The notes beneath the pieces are model-generated. The model was given only the letters and a program-made list of their open reading frames with translations. It was not told the DNA's origin and ran no database searches. A stretch of 51,103 bases of DNA from the IMG/VR virus record IMGVR_UViG_3300007094_000015, positions 1 through 51,103 of that record. One strand, 5' to 3'. Of the stretch, positions 36,938 through 46,056 are shown one piece after another. The stretch comes from a virus (Duplodnaviria; Caudoviricetes). Positions within the stretch are counted from its first letter, which is position 1. Each line of letters opens with the position of its first letter. The position numbers and the translations under genes were made by a program.

Positions 36938-39477
36938 TACGCAGGCCCTTCTGGTCCGGGGTTCCATGACAAGTCCAGCCAGATATCAGCCGCTTCGGCG
37001 GTGCATACAGCAGGATCGAACGACCATGTGCAGCCATCTTCCGCCAGCTCCATGCAAGAGCAGCCAAGAAAGACATGCCAGCCGCCGTGGATGCAATTTG
37101 GACAATCCCTGATGCCCGGCATGCTTGGATCTACATTTGCAAGCTGCGTAATCGGAATGTTTTGTGGCTCCCAGCACTCAAACAACAAAGTCTGGAATTG
37201 CATGCTGGTCGTGTTGCCGCAGCACTCAGTGACTGACGCTACATCGCCGTCTCCAATGCGCGCTGACGGCGCGGGCAGCATCCTGGTTACGCTTCCGAAC
37301 TCGCAATTTTCTTGGCATTGCGACGTGTCAGGCTCACCCGAACCACCTTCTGAAATCGACCCGGGCTTGAGCCAGAACAGCTCAGCACCAGTAAACGACG
37401 TGCCGGTTTCAGGATTGCACTGCACAAAGATCCCGTAGAGATAGTCGCGAGCCTTGTAGACCTGACCGCCGTTGGCGTCTTTCAATGCCCAGCATCCGAA
37501 CAGCCCTGACGTGTAGGTGATGCTGGCTGTGATAGCCGTCATGTTTCCTGCTTCGACGCTTGAAGCCAGGTAGGCTTTGACAATGTTGCCGTTGGCAATC
37601 GACGACGAACAGGAATCGGCAGTGCAATCAAGCTCAACTAGCAACTCCTGCTCACCATTCATGCCAGCCACCGTTCCGTTCACGCGGTAAAGCATGGCAG
37701 GCTCAAGGCCGGACACGCAGAAGGTTCCCCACCAACCAGGAACTGCCGGGGATTCGGGATCATTCACCGGGTTGGCGTCCACGCAGTGGAGTGTTCCGGC
37801 AATGCCATCAACCAGTGAGCCGCAGTCGGACATCGGGTCCGTCGTGCGCCACTTGAAGAAGACAGGGGCACAGGTGGGAGGACAGCGGCAGCCCTCGCAG
37901 TTGCCACAGTCAAACTGGTAGACAGGCCGTTTTTCCGTGTGCGTGCCTTGGTCATCGGTCCATGTACACTCGAACGAATTGCAGATCTTGATACCGATCT
38001 TGCAGTAGCCGACGGGAAGGTTGCTTATGTCGCCGTTGGAGCAACGAACAAACACCCGCTCGGATTGCACGATGGGGTAACAGTAGCTGTCATTGTAAGG
38101 CTGGTAGTCAATCTTGATCGCGTCGAATACGCAGCACTCGGAAAGCACCTCGCCCTTGCAGACATAGATGTGTCCAGCAGCGAACGAGTTCTTGTTAGTG
38201 CATTTCTCCGGGTCGGCCACGGCCTCCCAGCGTTCCGAGATGACATTCCAGTAGCCAAGCACGCGGGCATCGACGCGACAATCCGGGTCAGCGTCCACCA
38301 GATCGCAGTCGTTGAGGCCAAGCTGCTGCTTCTCCGCTACGTCAAGGCATCGCTGCCAGTGCATCGGGAAATACAGCAGCACCGTGCTGTCGTCGGGAAC
38401 GTCGGCCGGTGCAAAGTCGCACGGTACAACGTCCACCCAGCGGGCGTACATGGACGGCGAGTCGTCGAGGATGTCGTCGTCGTCGCAGTCCCGGCACCGA
38501 AAGGCGTTAGGTTGCTTGGAAATGGCGATGGCTTCAGCGTTGCTGACGATGTGGAACCAGCGGAACGTCGCTGTCTGGTCGACAATGGCGTACAGCGGCC
38601 GCGTCGAATTCTGGGCAGTGAAGGCATCGTGCAACTTGTAGCCAATGAACCGCTCGCTGGCAGGGATTCGCTCGAAGGATCGGCACTTCCTGGCGTCGTA
38701 CACCCAGACCTGTGAGCCTTGGGCCAGCGGGTTGGAGCACATGTTGCCAAGACTCAGGGCACCCGACGCAAGCGACATCTGCACGCCACCATAGAGGCAG
38801 CGGACATCCTTGAGCAGCGAGCTGCCGCACTGTTCGCCCGTGATCTGGATCAGGGCCGCAGAGTCGGCCTGCTTGGATGGCGCGATGAGGACATATTCCT
38901 GCAGCTTCTCATCCCAGACGGCAATCAGCTTGTCGCCCTGTTTGATGGCGGCACCGAGAGCAGCGTTGTCGTGGATAGTGACAGTCGCGCCGGGGTCGCG
39001 GCCGTTCAGCGGGTCGCCCCAGAAGTCGGTGACGCTGGCTGACACTGTGCCCGAGGACATGGCTGCCGAGGCTGTCGCGTGGATGAACCGGGCCGGTCCT
39101 TCGATGGCCAGCACTTCAAGCGACGACGCCCCCAGTGCGGCGTTCGTGCGGCCGACTCCATAGTAGCCCTGCACAAAGTTTTGCCGGAACGCTTCAGTCG
39201 GCGTCCAGTCATACGCGTCAAACGTGCCGCCGTTGTCTTGCCACTCGTCGGCGGTCGCGTTGTAGGTAACTTCGATTACCGAACAGGATGGCGACCCAAC
39301 AGCCGAGGTCAGGACGCGAAAGAACTTCAGCTCGCTGGCTGGCGTGGATGTGTCGTTGGTGGTGGCGTCGTTGGCCAGGCCTTCCAGAGCATCGCGGGTC
39401 GCGGCCCAGTTGCGACGCTCTGCGGACGCGTTGCACGGGGCCAGGACAATGTCACGCCAACGATTGGGGTCTGCCAT
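36937..39477 (-). CDS. Cys-rich 846-aa putative tail/fibre protein
   Basis: About 44 Cys by hand count; beta-rich; coupled to the nozzle gene. Confidence 0.6.
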   Translation of the reverse strand: MADPNRWRDIVLAPCNASAERRNWAATRDALEGLANDATTNDTSTPASELKFFRVLTSAVGSPSCSVIEVTYNATADEWQDNGGTFDAYDWTPTEAFRQNFVQGYYGVGRTNAALGASSLEVLAIEGPARFIHATASAAMSSGTVSASVTDFWGDPLNGRDPGATVTIHDNAALGAAIKQGDKLIAVWDEKLQEYVLIAPSKQADSAALIQITGEQCGSSLLKDVRCLYGGVQMSLASGALSLGNMCSNPLAQGSQVWVYDARKCRSFERIPASERFIGYKLHDAFTAQNSTRPLYAIVDQTATFRWFHIVSNAEAIAISKQPNAFRCRDCDDDDILDDSPSMYARWVDVVPCDFAPADVPDDSTVLLYFPMHWQRCLDVAEKQQLGLNDCDLVDADPDCRVDARVLGYWNVISERWEAVADPEKCTNKNSFAAGHIYVCKGEVLSECCVFDAIKIDYQPYNDSYCYPIVQSERVFVRCSNGDISNLPVGYCKIGIKICNSFECTWTDDQGTHTEKRPVYQFDCGNCEGCRCPPTCAPVFFKWRTTDPMSDCGSLVDGIAGTLHCVDANPVNDPESPAVPGWWGTFCVSGLEPAMLYRVNGTVAGMNGEQELLVELDCTADSCSSSIANGNIVKAYLASSVEAGNMTAITASITYTSGLFGCWALKDANGGQVYKARDYLYGIFVQCNPETGTSFTGAELFWLKPGSISEGGSGEPDTSQCQENCEFGSVTRMLPAPSARIGDGDVASVTECCGNTTSMQFQTLLFECWEPQNIPITQLANVDPSMPGIRDCPNCIHGGWHVFLGCSCMELAEDGCTWSFDPAVCTAEAADIWLDLSWNPGPEGPA

Positions 39478-42209
39478 CAGCGAATCCTCTTGCGGCCAGC
39501 GGATCGGATGACAGCAGTGACTCGCTCCAGAAACCAGCGACGCTTGGAGCCCGCCTTGTTCTTGACTTTCACGACAGCCGAGACGCCACGGACACGCGGA
39601 CGCGTGTTGTAGTTCAGCCCCGGGTTATCCCAAGTGCCCGCGTCTTGTGTCGTCGCATAGAACGACTCTTCGGCCGAATTGCCAGCGGTGACTTCCCAAG
39701 TGATGGGACCAGACTCGCGGCCGATGCTGCCCTGCAACTCGGACAGCATGCCTTCCTGGAATCCCTGCCGATCCAGATGGAACGGGCCGAAGCAGCAGTA
39801 CGCTTCGATCTCCAGGTTTCCGTCGTCCACCTGATAGTCGCGGTGAAACTGGCGAATCTTGCCATCGCGGCCGCCAAGAAGGACGGCGGGGCAGTCGTCC
39901 CATACAGTACGCTCATGCAGGCAGAACGGTTCATGATTTGTGGAAACTTTGACACGCCAGAATGCCTTGGCCTGCCAGTCGAACCACCAGTGCGAACCCT
40001 CCGAACCGTCGAGCCGCGTCACAAAGACGTGGACGCCACGGGCCAGCGTATCGTATTCCAGCGACACCGACTCACGCTCCGGGTTGAGGCAGAGCAGCTC
40101 GTCGGGCAGTCGCTCCCGAGAAAGAGACGTGGGGAACCCGGCACAGCCTGCGGAGATCACATAGAGTCCGTCGGCCGAGAGAAAGATCACCATGTCGTCG
40201 GGCGTGCGCGTCCATGCGTTTTGCGACACGATGCCAATCTTCCTCGATAGGGCGTCGAGAGTACCGCCATATCCCGGGTCACCACGCATGATCCAGAGTG
40301 AATTGTACGAACCAAACAGCAAGCACTCATCGCCGTGCGGGATCATCGCCGTGATGGGGTCGGCGAGCTGGCCCGCTGTGCTATTCTCGGCAAATACCGC
40401 AGCCCCGGAGTCTTCTTGCCCGTAGTCCCAGTTGAACGGGTCGCCTTGCTTCGACATGTACCACACATGAGGCAGTAGGTCGGAGCCCGCATAGACAATT
40501 CGATCACGATAGAGGGCGACGAGGCGACAACCAGCAGGGACTGTGCCGACGTTGGCGTAGTGCGGTGTGACTGTGTTGAGCTTTGGGTCATAAACTTTCG
40601 GCTGGCGAGCGATCCGGTAGACCACGTTCAGGATGTCCTGCCCGTAGCCCAGCGTCGTGGTGCCGTTGTCGTGGCTGGCCAGGTTTAGGGCCGGGTTAAA
40701 CGTGATGACGGTGCCAGTGATGCTGGAGATGGCGTAGGTTCCGGCGATAGCCGTGCCACCAGCGCCGACCTGCGTGATGGCAACCGATGCGGACGGCGAC
40801 GAGCCGGTGAGTGTGGTCGTGTCGACGACAACAGCGGGCTGTTCTTTGCCAGCTAGCGTGCCGCGAAACATGATCTTGTACGGTCCCTGAGTGCCGCCGG
40901 TCCCCAGGTTGACGACAGTGCAGTTGCCGGTGCCGACCGTGTTCAAGGCCAGCAGGGCGTTGACCAGCGTCCCCTCGTTGGTCGGGTAAGAAAGCGCAGC
41001 GGTCTGGGCTCCCTTGAACGACAGCTTGAACGTGCCGCCAGTCGTGTTGGCAAACGCCAGCGTCTGGACGGTGTTGCGAGAGTAGTTGGAGTCCAGGATC
41101 TCCAGAACGTAGCCAGTGTCGAGGCCGGTCAGCGTCTGGCTTGTTTCCAGCTTGGTGAACCCGGTCTGGGCGTCGATAGACCCCGTCTCACCCGATACCA
41201 CCACGCCGTAGTCGGCAATGAACAGCTTCTGCTCGCGGTCGACGGCGGACAACTGGACGCTGGGAGACAGCGGCGTGTTGGTCGTGACCTGCTTGAGCGT
41301 GTTGACCGTGTCCTCCACCCAGAGGTTGCCGTTGGCCACGGCTACCAGCAGGTCGCGGCGTGGGTTAGCAGGAACCGTCCGCACCGTGGGGTCGTTCTCG
41401 AAATCATGCGACAGCTGCGTTACTTGGATGGTCGAGCCGGGCGACGTGACCCCAAACGCAAAGGCCCGGCCGAACAGCGTCGTGACGGTTGTGCTCAGCA
41501 GCTGCTGGCCACGCCAGTAGACCTTCACGCCGGACGTGCCGGGCGTGACCTCCACCATGAACGTGCCTGCCGCGTTGCTGGTGTCGGCGACCGGGCTGGA
41601 GGCCAGGGTCGAAACGATGGACCCGTTATTCCGCTGCGTCAGGGTGGCCGAGTAGCCCGCCGAAGTGAACGATAGCGTCACCGTGTTGACGTTTGTCTTG
41701 GTGTCGGAACTAGGTGAGGCCAGCCCGAAATGGATCTTGGCCGTGCCAGTCATCACCTTGCCCAGCTTCGGGCGGATGTGCATGGCGATCTCATACGGTC
41801 CGTTGTTGCTGACAACAGTGGGGATCGGCATCGCCCGCTCCCAGTCCGGGCCGTAGAGATAGGCGTCCGACTGGGAGTTCAGATAGCCGTAGCTGTACGA
41901 CGGGGATCCCGTGTACCCGGCTGGAATCAGGAAGTCCCGGAGTTGCGTGCCGAACGCTGGCTGCACCGCGCGGGTCCAGCCAGTCTTAAGCACCGAAACC
42001 TTGGTGAGCAGGCGGATCGGCCCGGAGAGCTGGGTACGCAACGAGAGCCCGAGGCCCGGGCGGCTTCCACCAGACTGTCGCAGTTCGCTGGTGGTTTGCG
42101 TTCGGACATTGACCGCGTCGGGCGTTGTATAGGGCGGCTGCCGCTGGTAGCCCGTGGCGCGGTCAATCCCGGCAACCGGCCAGATAAGATCCAGCCAGCT
42201 CTTCTGCAT
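39477..42209 (-). CDS. Tail tubular protein B / nozzle (beta-propeller) with inserted domains
   Basis: PDAVNVR...RPG N-terminus; YRDRIVY..., MSKQGDPFNWD, DPITAM, IGIVSQNA, FLSADGLY propeller blades. Start at ATG 42209 overlapping the upstream stop. Confidence 0.75.
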   Translation of the reverse strand: MQKSWLDLIWPVAGIDRATGYQRQPPYTTPDAVNVRTQTTSELRQSGGSRPGLGLSLRTQLSGPIRLLTKVSVLKTGWTRAVQPAFGTQLRDFLIPAGYTGSPSYSYGYLNSQSDAYLYGPDWERAMPIPTVVSNNGPYEIAMHIRPKLGKVMTGTAKIHFGLASPSSDTKTNVNTVTLSFTSAGYSATLTQRNNGSIVSTLASSPVADTSNAAGTFMVEVTPGTSGVKVYWRGQQLLSTTVTTLFGRAFAFGVTSPGSTIQVTQLSHDFENDPTVRTVPANPRRDLLVAVANGNLWVEDTVNTLKQVTTNTPLSPSVQLSAVDREQKLFIADYGVVVSGETGSIDAQTGFTKLETSQTLTGLDTGYVLEILDSNYSRNTVQTLAFANTTGGTFKLSFKGAQTAALSYPTNEGTLVNALLALNTVGTGNCTVVNLGTGGTQGPYKIMFRGTLAGKEQPAVVVDTTTLTGSSPSASVAITQVGAGGTAIAGTYAISSITGTVITFNPALNLASHDNGTTTLGYGQDILNVVYRIARQPKVYDPKLNTVTPHYANVGTVPAGCRLVALYRDRIVYAGSDLLPHVWYMSKQGDPFNWDYGQEDSGAAVFAENSTAGQLADPITAMIPHGDECLLFGSYNSLWIMRGDPGYGGTLDALSRKIGIVSQNAWTRTPDDMVIFLSADGLYVISAGCAGFPTSLSRERLPDELLCLNPERESVSLEYDTLARGVHVFVTRLDGSEGSHWWFDWQAKAFWRVKVSTNHEPFCLHERTVWDDCPAVLLGGRDGKIRQFHRDYQVDDGNLEIEAYCCFGPFHLDRQGFQEGMLSELQGSIGRESGPITWEVTAGNSAEESFYATTQDAGTWDNPGLNYNTRPRVRGVSAVVKVKNKAGSKRRWFLERVTAVIRSAGRKRIR

Positions 42210-42574
42210 TAGACGTAGGTCACCGTCCCAGCTACGACTCGCCACTGCAGGACGCCGTCCAGCATGAACGACTCCAGCACGGCGAAGTTGCCTTTGTCGA
42301 TGCGAATCGAGTTGGCCGTCCCGTCCATCGTCGTACCAGTGGGGGCCAGGAAAATAGCCCAGCCAGAAGCAGGGAGCGAGTCCATGCTGAGGCGAATCCG
42401 CTGGTCAGCGCTCACCGGCGGCGGCAGCTTGCGACTCGCGGGGCTGGTGGCCGAACGAATCAGGAACGTCGCACCCCAGATCTCGCGTTCATCAAGCAAT
42501 TCGCCTTCGACACTCGACACAATCGACGGATCAGATTCCGCCAGGTGGTAGCGGACACTGTGAATCGAAGTCAT
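42209..42574 (-). CDS. First gene of the late operon, putative structural protein
   Basis: SD GGAGG; 121 aa, beta-rich. Confidence 0.55.
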   Translation of the reverse strand: MTSIHSVRYHLAESDPSIVSSVEGELLDEREIWGATFLIRSATSPASRKLPPPVSADQRIRLSMDSLPASGWAIFLAPTGTTMDGTANSIRIDKGNFAVLESFMLDGVLQWRVVAGTVTYV

Positions 42575-42601
42575 TCGTTGCCTCCAAAAAAGGATGCCTG
42601 C

Positions 42602-42636
42602 ATTGTGGCGACGCGGGGGCCACTTTCGTCAAGCCT
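42602..42636 (-). promoter_or_regulatory. Putative late promoter (AGGCTTGACGAAA element) of the virion operon
   Basis: TTGACG-N19-CACAAT; the 13-mer is identical to that at 49592-49604 and equidistant from the first start codon. Confidence 0.6.
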
Positions 42637-42706
42637 AACTAGACAAATCGCGCGGGCCTTCGCCATCCTTGGGGCTGTAGTCACTGTTCCTGTATACGGA
42701 GGTAGT

Positions 42707-43297
42707 ATGGACGAACGCGTCTCCAAGAAGTCGACAGACCACAGACACTTCGGCCGCTGGCTGAGCGACGAGGAGTTGGAAGCCCTTAAACGCACCGAAC
42801 TCATCCTGCCCATCATGGCCTGCTGGCTGCCCATCCTCGCCCAGATGGCCAAGGACAAGGGCATGCCACGCACCAAGTTCATCCGCAGCCTAATGGAGAA
42901 AGCCGCCAGGCAGATGGGCTACCCGCTGCCCAAGGACCGCATCGGCTGGAAGCCCAAGCGAAAGAAGACCAAGGCCGAGAAGGCACGCCATCTCAAGAAA
43001 CTTCAGATGCGACGGTACAGGGCTCGGAAAAGAGAGGAGCTGGCACGGGATCCCGAGTGGTTCTGGTCGCCCGAAGGCTACGTCGGGACCGCCGACCTCG
43101 ACTCGCTCGGCACCACCGCAGGCATGGTCGACCATCTCGGCGTCTGGCATCCAGAGTCGCACCGCTACACGCCAGCCAGAATAGCCGCCGCGTGCCAGAA
43201 GGCGATGGACGAAGGCGAGCTGGATGGCGAACGATGGCAGCTTTTCGTGCGGAGATATGGGGGAGGGGGAGGAGAAGTGGGTGCAGATTCCGAATAG
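42707..43297 (+). CDS. Putative DNA-binding regulator (ribbon-helix-helix-like + basic helix)
   Basis: SD GGAGG before ATG 42707; LAQMAKDKGMPRTKFIRSLMEKA resembles RHH helices; Lys/Arg-rich segment; divergent from the late promoter. Confidence 0.5.
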   Translation: MDERVSKKSTDHRHFGRWLSDEELEALKRTELILPIMACWLPILAQMAKDKGMPRTKFIRSLMEKAARQMGYPLPKDRIGWKPKRKKTKAEKARHLKKLQMRRYRARKREELARDPEWFWSPEGYVGTADLDSLGTTAGMVDHLGVWHPESHRYTPARIAAACQKAMDEGELDGERWQLFVRRYGGGGGEVGADSE

Positions 43298-43299
43298 CT

Positions 43300-43720
43300 A
43301 CCACGCAGGGATCTCGCGGCGCGGGCGCGGGGGTTCGGTAAAGTCTTGGTCGGCCTTGGGTCCCTCCGGGTCCCCCCCTGCCCTGCCCTGCCACTATCCA
43401 CCTGGTCCGCACCGTGCCGATGGCCGCCGTGCTGGCCGTGATGGGCCACGCTGGCCCCGCTGCATGGCCACTATGCACGGGCAGGACGGCGGATCGGCGT
43501 CCGGCCGAAGCCAAACCCGAAGCCACGGCCACGGCATCGGCGACGCGGTGACGCGGTGACGCGGTCGGCGACGCGGGCGACGTGAGCCAGGTGCACCGAC
43601 GGCGTCGGCCTGCCCGCGACGCGGTGAAGGTCGGCCGCGGCCGACGCGTTGCATGCCCGCGCGGGCGACGCCGCCCGCCCCCCACGCCCCCCGATGAGCT
43701 GTCAGCATGACGCGGCGAAT
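43300..43720. repeat. Very GC-rich non-coding region with GACGCGG, GCCACG and CCCTG short repeats (candidate packaging/terminus region)
   Basis: gacgcggt gacgcggt gacgcggt cggc gacgcgg at ~43541-43577, more copies at ~43618 and ~43709; ccctg x3 at ~43376-43390; no credible ORF. Confidence 0.55.
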
Positions 43721-43736
43721 TTCTGGCCCTGCCCGA

Positions 43737-43765
43737 TTGACAAATCCGATATTACTCGATACCGT
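43737..43765 (+). promoter_or_regulatory. Strong sigma70-type early promoter
   Basis: TTGACA-N17-TACCGT about 70 nt upstream of the first early gene. Confidence 0.7.
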
Positions 43766-43834
43766 GGCCGGTCCACGGCCAACGCGTGTTGGTTGTGGTG
43801 TTGATTGAGTGTTGATGATTCTGGAGGCATGGAC

Positions 43835-44383
43835 ATGAAATTCGAGTCGATCGGCGAAACTACAACCGTGACAACGGCCAACACCGCGCACTTGGCGCTT
43901 CAGCTGGCCAAACTTCCGCCCGGACGATATACGATTAAGTGGGCCATGGAAGGGTATGAAAGCACGACCGCTTTCGGCGTCACGGTCCTGCCAGTTGATG
44001 AGGCCGGTGACATGGCCGCGTTGCTGGCCGACGTGACGGAGCGTATCGACCTTGCAACCGGTCGTTTGCTGTCTCGCCTTGTGGCTGACTACCCGCCATT
44101 TACGCGAGACTTGACGCAACAGCTGACCGACGCGGTGACATGGGGCCAGTGGTTGCATTCTCGCCATTTGGCCGCGGGCGCTTATTGGTGCCTGGGGCGC
44201 GACATTGACGCCATTCTGGATTGCGTCTCGGAGGCACAGAGCTGGCAGCCGGAACAATGGCTTGTCGCGTTGGCCGCGATGCGAGCTCCACGGTGCACGT
44301 GTTGCGGTGACGTGCCGCGTTGGGTGAATGAAGCGGCGTATATGTCGCGCGTCTGCCTTGCCATTCTCCCGATCGGCGATTAG
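43835..44383 (+). CDS. Early hypothetical protein
   Basis: ATG 43835 is 7 nt after GATTCTGGAGG. Confidence 0.65.
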   Translation: MKFESIGETTTVTTANTAHLALQLAKLPPGRYTIKWAMEGYESTTAFGVTVLPVDEAGDMAALLADVTERIDLATGRLLSRLVADYPPFTRDLTQQLTDAVTWGQWLHSRHLAAGAYWCLGRDIDAILDCVSEAQSWQPEQWLVALAAMRAPRCTCCGDVPRWVNEAAYMSRVCLAILPIGD

Positions 44384-44492
44384 TGGCCGCCTGCCTGCCC
44401 GAACCTGATAGCTGGCCAGCGGTGACACGCTGGCCAGCTCGATGGCCCGGGCAGTCGACGCGGTCGACGCGGGGAAGTCTAGATTCTGGAGG
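44384..44492 (+). ncRNA. Intergenic structured element, copy 1 (long hairpin + CTAGATTCTGGAGG box)
   Basis: CTGCCCG/CGGGCAG stem, AA/CC loop, CC/GG, UGAU/CGAU loop, 12-bp stem AGCTGGCCAGCG/CGCTGGCCAGCT. Confidence 0.7.
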
Positions 44493-44500
44493 TCGAGACA

Positions 44501-45253
44501 ATGCGAGAGAATGCAAACGGCGTCGTGCTATGGGAAGGTCGGTCGCTTATCGACGGGCAGGCGGTCGTGGTCGTGGCCACGTTCCATTCTGAGAACCGGA
44601 AAACGGGCGACATGATCCAGACTTTCATCTTGCTGGCCGATACCCCGCCGGTCGACGCGGCTGCCACCGGGGCCGACGTGGCTATTTGCGGCGCGTGCCC
44701 GTTGCGTGGGATTATGATGGACGGGCGGAACCGCGACCGCGCTTGTTACGTGAATCTCGGGCAGTCGCCCGCCAGCGTCTGGGAATGCTGGGATCGGGGC
44801 GGATATCCGGCATACAATCCGGCCCGGCACCGTCGGCTATTCCTGGGGCGTTCGTTGCGGATCGGCGCGTATGGCGACGCGACGGCTACACCGTATGGTG
44901 CCTGGGAGTCGGTGTTACGCGCCGTGCGGAAGCGCCGGACGGGATATACGCACCAGTGGCGGACCTGCGACCAGCGATGGCGGGCTAAGCTGATGGCCAG
45001 CGTGGAAACGGTGCTGGGGAAAATCGAGGCCAATACCATGGGCTGGAGGACGTTCCGGACGAAGTTAGCCGGGGACCAGCGTCTGCCTGGAGAAAAGGGA
45101 TGCCCGGCCTCGATTGAGGAAGGCCAGCGGAAAACGTGCGACGGGTGCTTATGGTGTAGCGGCGCCGAATACGGGCGCGGTGATATCGTCATCGACGCCC
45201 ACGGCACCCGGGGGAAGGTGGCTGCATTCCGCCGGATGTTGTACCGCGACTAG
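44501..45253 (+). CDS. Conserved phage early protein with Cys clusters (Fe-S / radical-SAM-like, inferred)
   Basis: NRKTG, ICGACP...CY, LRIGAYGD, GYTHQW, MASVE, CPA...CDGCLWC. Confidence 0.6.
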   Translation: MRENANGVVLWEGRSLIDGQAVVVVATFHSENRKTGDMIQTFILLADTPPVDAAATGADVAICGACPLRGIMMDGRNRDRACYVNLGQSPASVWECWDRGGYPAYNPARHRRLFLGRSLRIGAYGDATATPYGAWESVLRAVRKRRTGYTHQWRTCDQRWRAKLMASVETVLGKIEANTMGWRTFRTKLAGDQRLPGEKGCPASIEEGQRKTCDGCLWCSGAEYGRGDIVIDAHGTRGKVAAFRRMLYRD

Positions 45254-45363
45254 TGGCCGCCTGCCTGCCCGAACCGGACGCCCTGCCTGGAGCAATCTCG
45301 GCGGGGCCGACGGCCCGGGCAGTCGACGCGGTCGACGCGGGAAGTAAAGTCTAGATTCTGGAG
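45254..45363 (+). ncRNA. Intergenic structured element, copy 2
   Basis: Flanks identical to copy 1 (25 nt on the 5' side including the TAG stop, ~30 nt on the 3' side) around a different inner stem GCCCTGCC/GGCGGGGC. Confidence 0.7.
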
Positions 45364-45372
45364 AGCGGGACA

Positions 45373-46056
45373 ATGCAAATTGAGATTGCGTCGGGGAAAG
45401 CGCTTGCGAACATGGTGGACACGGGCCATCGACGGTATGCCATGGGCAACGTGGCCGTGACGCCCACGGATGATAAGCGCGTCGCGCTGGCGGCCACAAA
45501 CGGCATGGTGTTGGGAGTCGCGCTCGCGGCGACCGACGGCGACGCGCCAGCGGAAGGGAAGTGGGCGGCCGCGTTCGACGCCGACAACCTGCCCACGGGC
45601 CGGTCCACGTTGTTGGTTAGCCCGCTTGGCGTGGCGGCCATCGGCCCGAAGCGCGGGGGATCGCAGCCACGGACCGACCTCACGGCGGAAATGGGGCGCA
45701 TGCCCGACCTGCCCTGTGTGGTGCCGGACACGGTCGACGGTTACCGCGTGCTGGTGCTCGACGCTACGCTGTTGGCCGCGCTGGCGGCGATGATCAACAC
45801 GCGGGAGAATACCGGCGTGCGCATCTTGTGGAAGGACGCCGATGAGGCCGTCATGGTGCTGCCCCAGTCCGGTGAAGGTGGGTTTGGCGTGCTCATGCCG
45901 CGCACCAGCGACCAGCGGTCGGACGCGGCCGACCGATTAAGTTGGCGTGAAATGGTGGCCGCCTGGAAGGCCGGATACGATCGCGACATGGTGCACGGTG
46001 CCACCACGGCGGGCGACGGCGTGCCGTTCGCGTCCGAAGATCGCGCCACGATCTAA
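45373..46056 (+). CDS. DNA sliding-clamp (DnaN)-like protein, truncated/two-domain
   Basis: RRYAMGNV, LAATNG..L, GRMPD...VVP, LDATLL..L and GVLMP parallel the R..L.GV, ATDG.RL, G.FP....V.P, N...L and LMP motifs of beta clamps. Confidence 0.65.
   Translation: MQIEIASGKALANMVDTGHRRYAMGNVAVTPTDDKRVALAATNGMVLGVALAATDGDAPAEGKWAAAFDADNLPTGRSTLLVSPLGVAAIGPKRGGSQPRTDLTAEMGRMPDLPCVVPDTVDGYRVLVLDATLLAALAAMINTRENTGVRILWKDADEAVMVLPQSGEGGFGVLMPRTSDQRSDAADRLSWREMVAAWKAGYDRDMVHGATTAGDGVPFASEDRATI

Noticed and set aside
43394-44428. 344-aa minus-strand ORF and 42993-43685 ORF
   Set aside because: Arg/Pro-rich translations of GC-rich repeats, antisense to the promoter- and SD-supported early genes.
44401-44445. 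CCTGATAG as a hammerhead ribozyme core
   Set aside because: It lacks CUGANGA and the GAAA strand, and the other two copies do not keep it.
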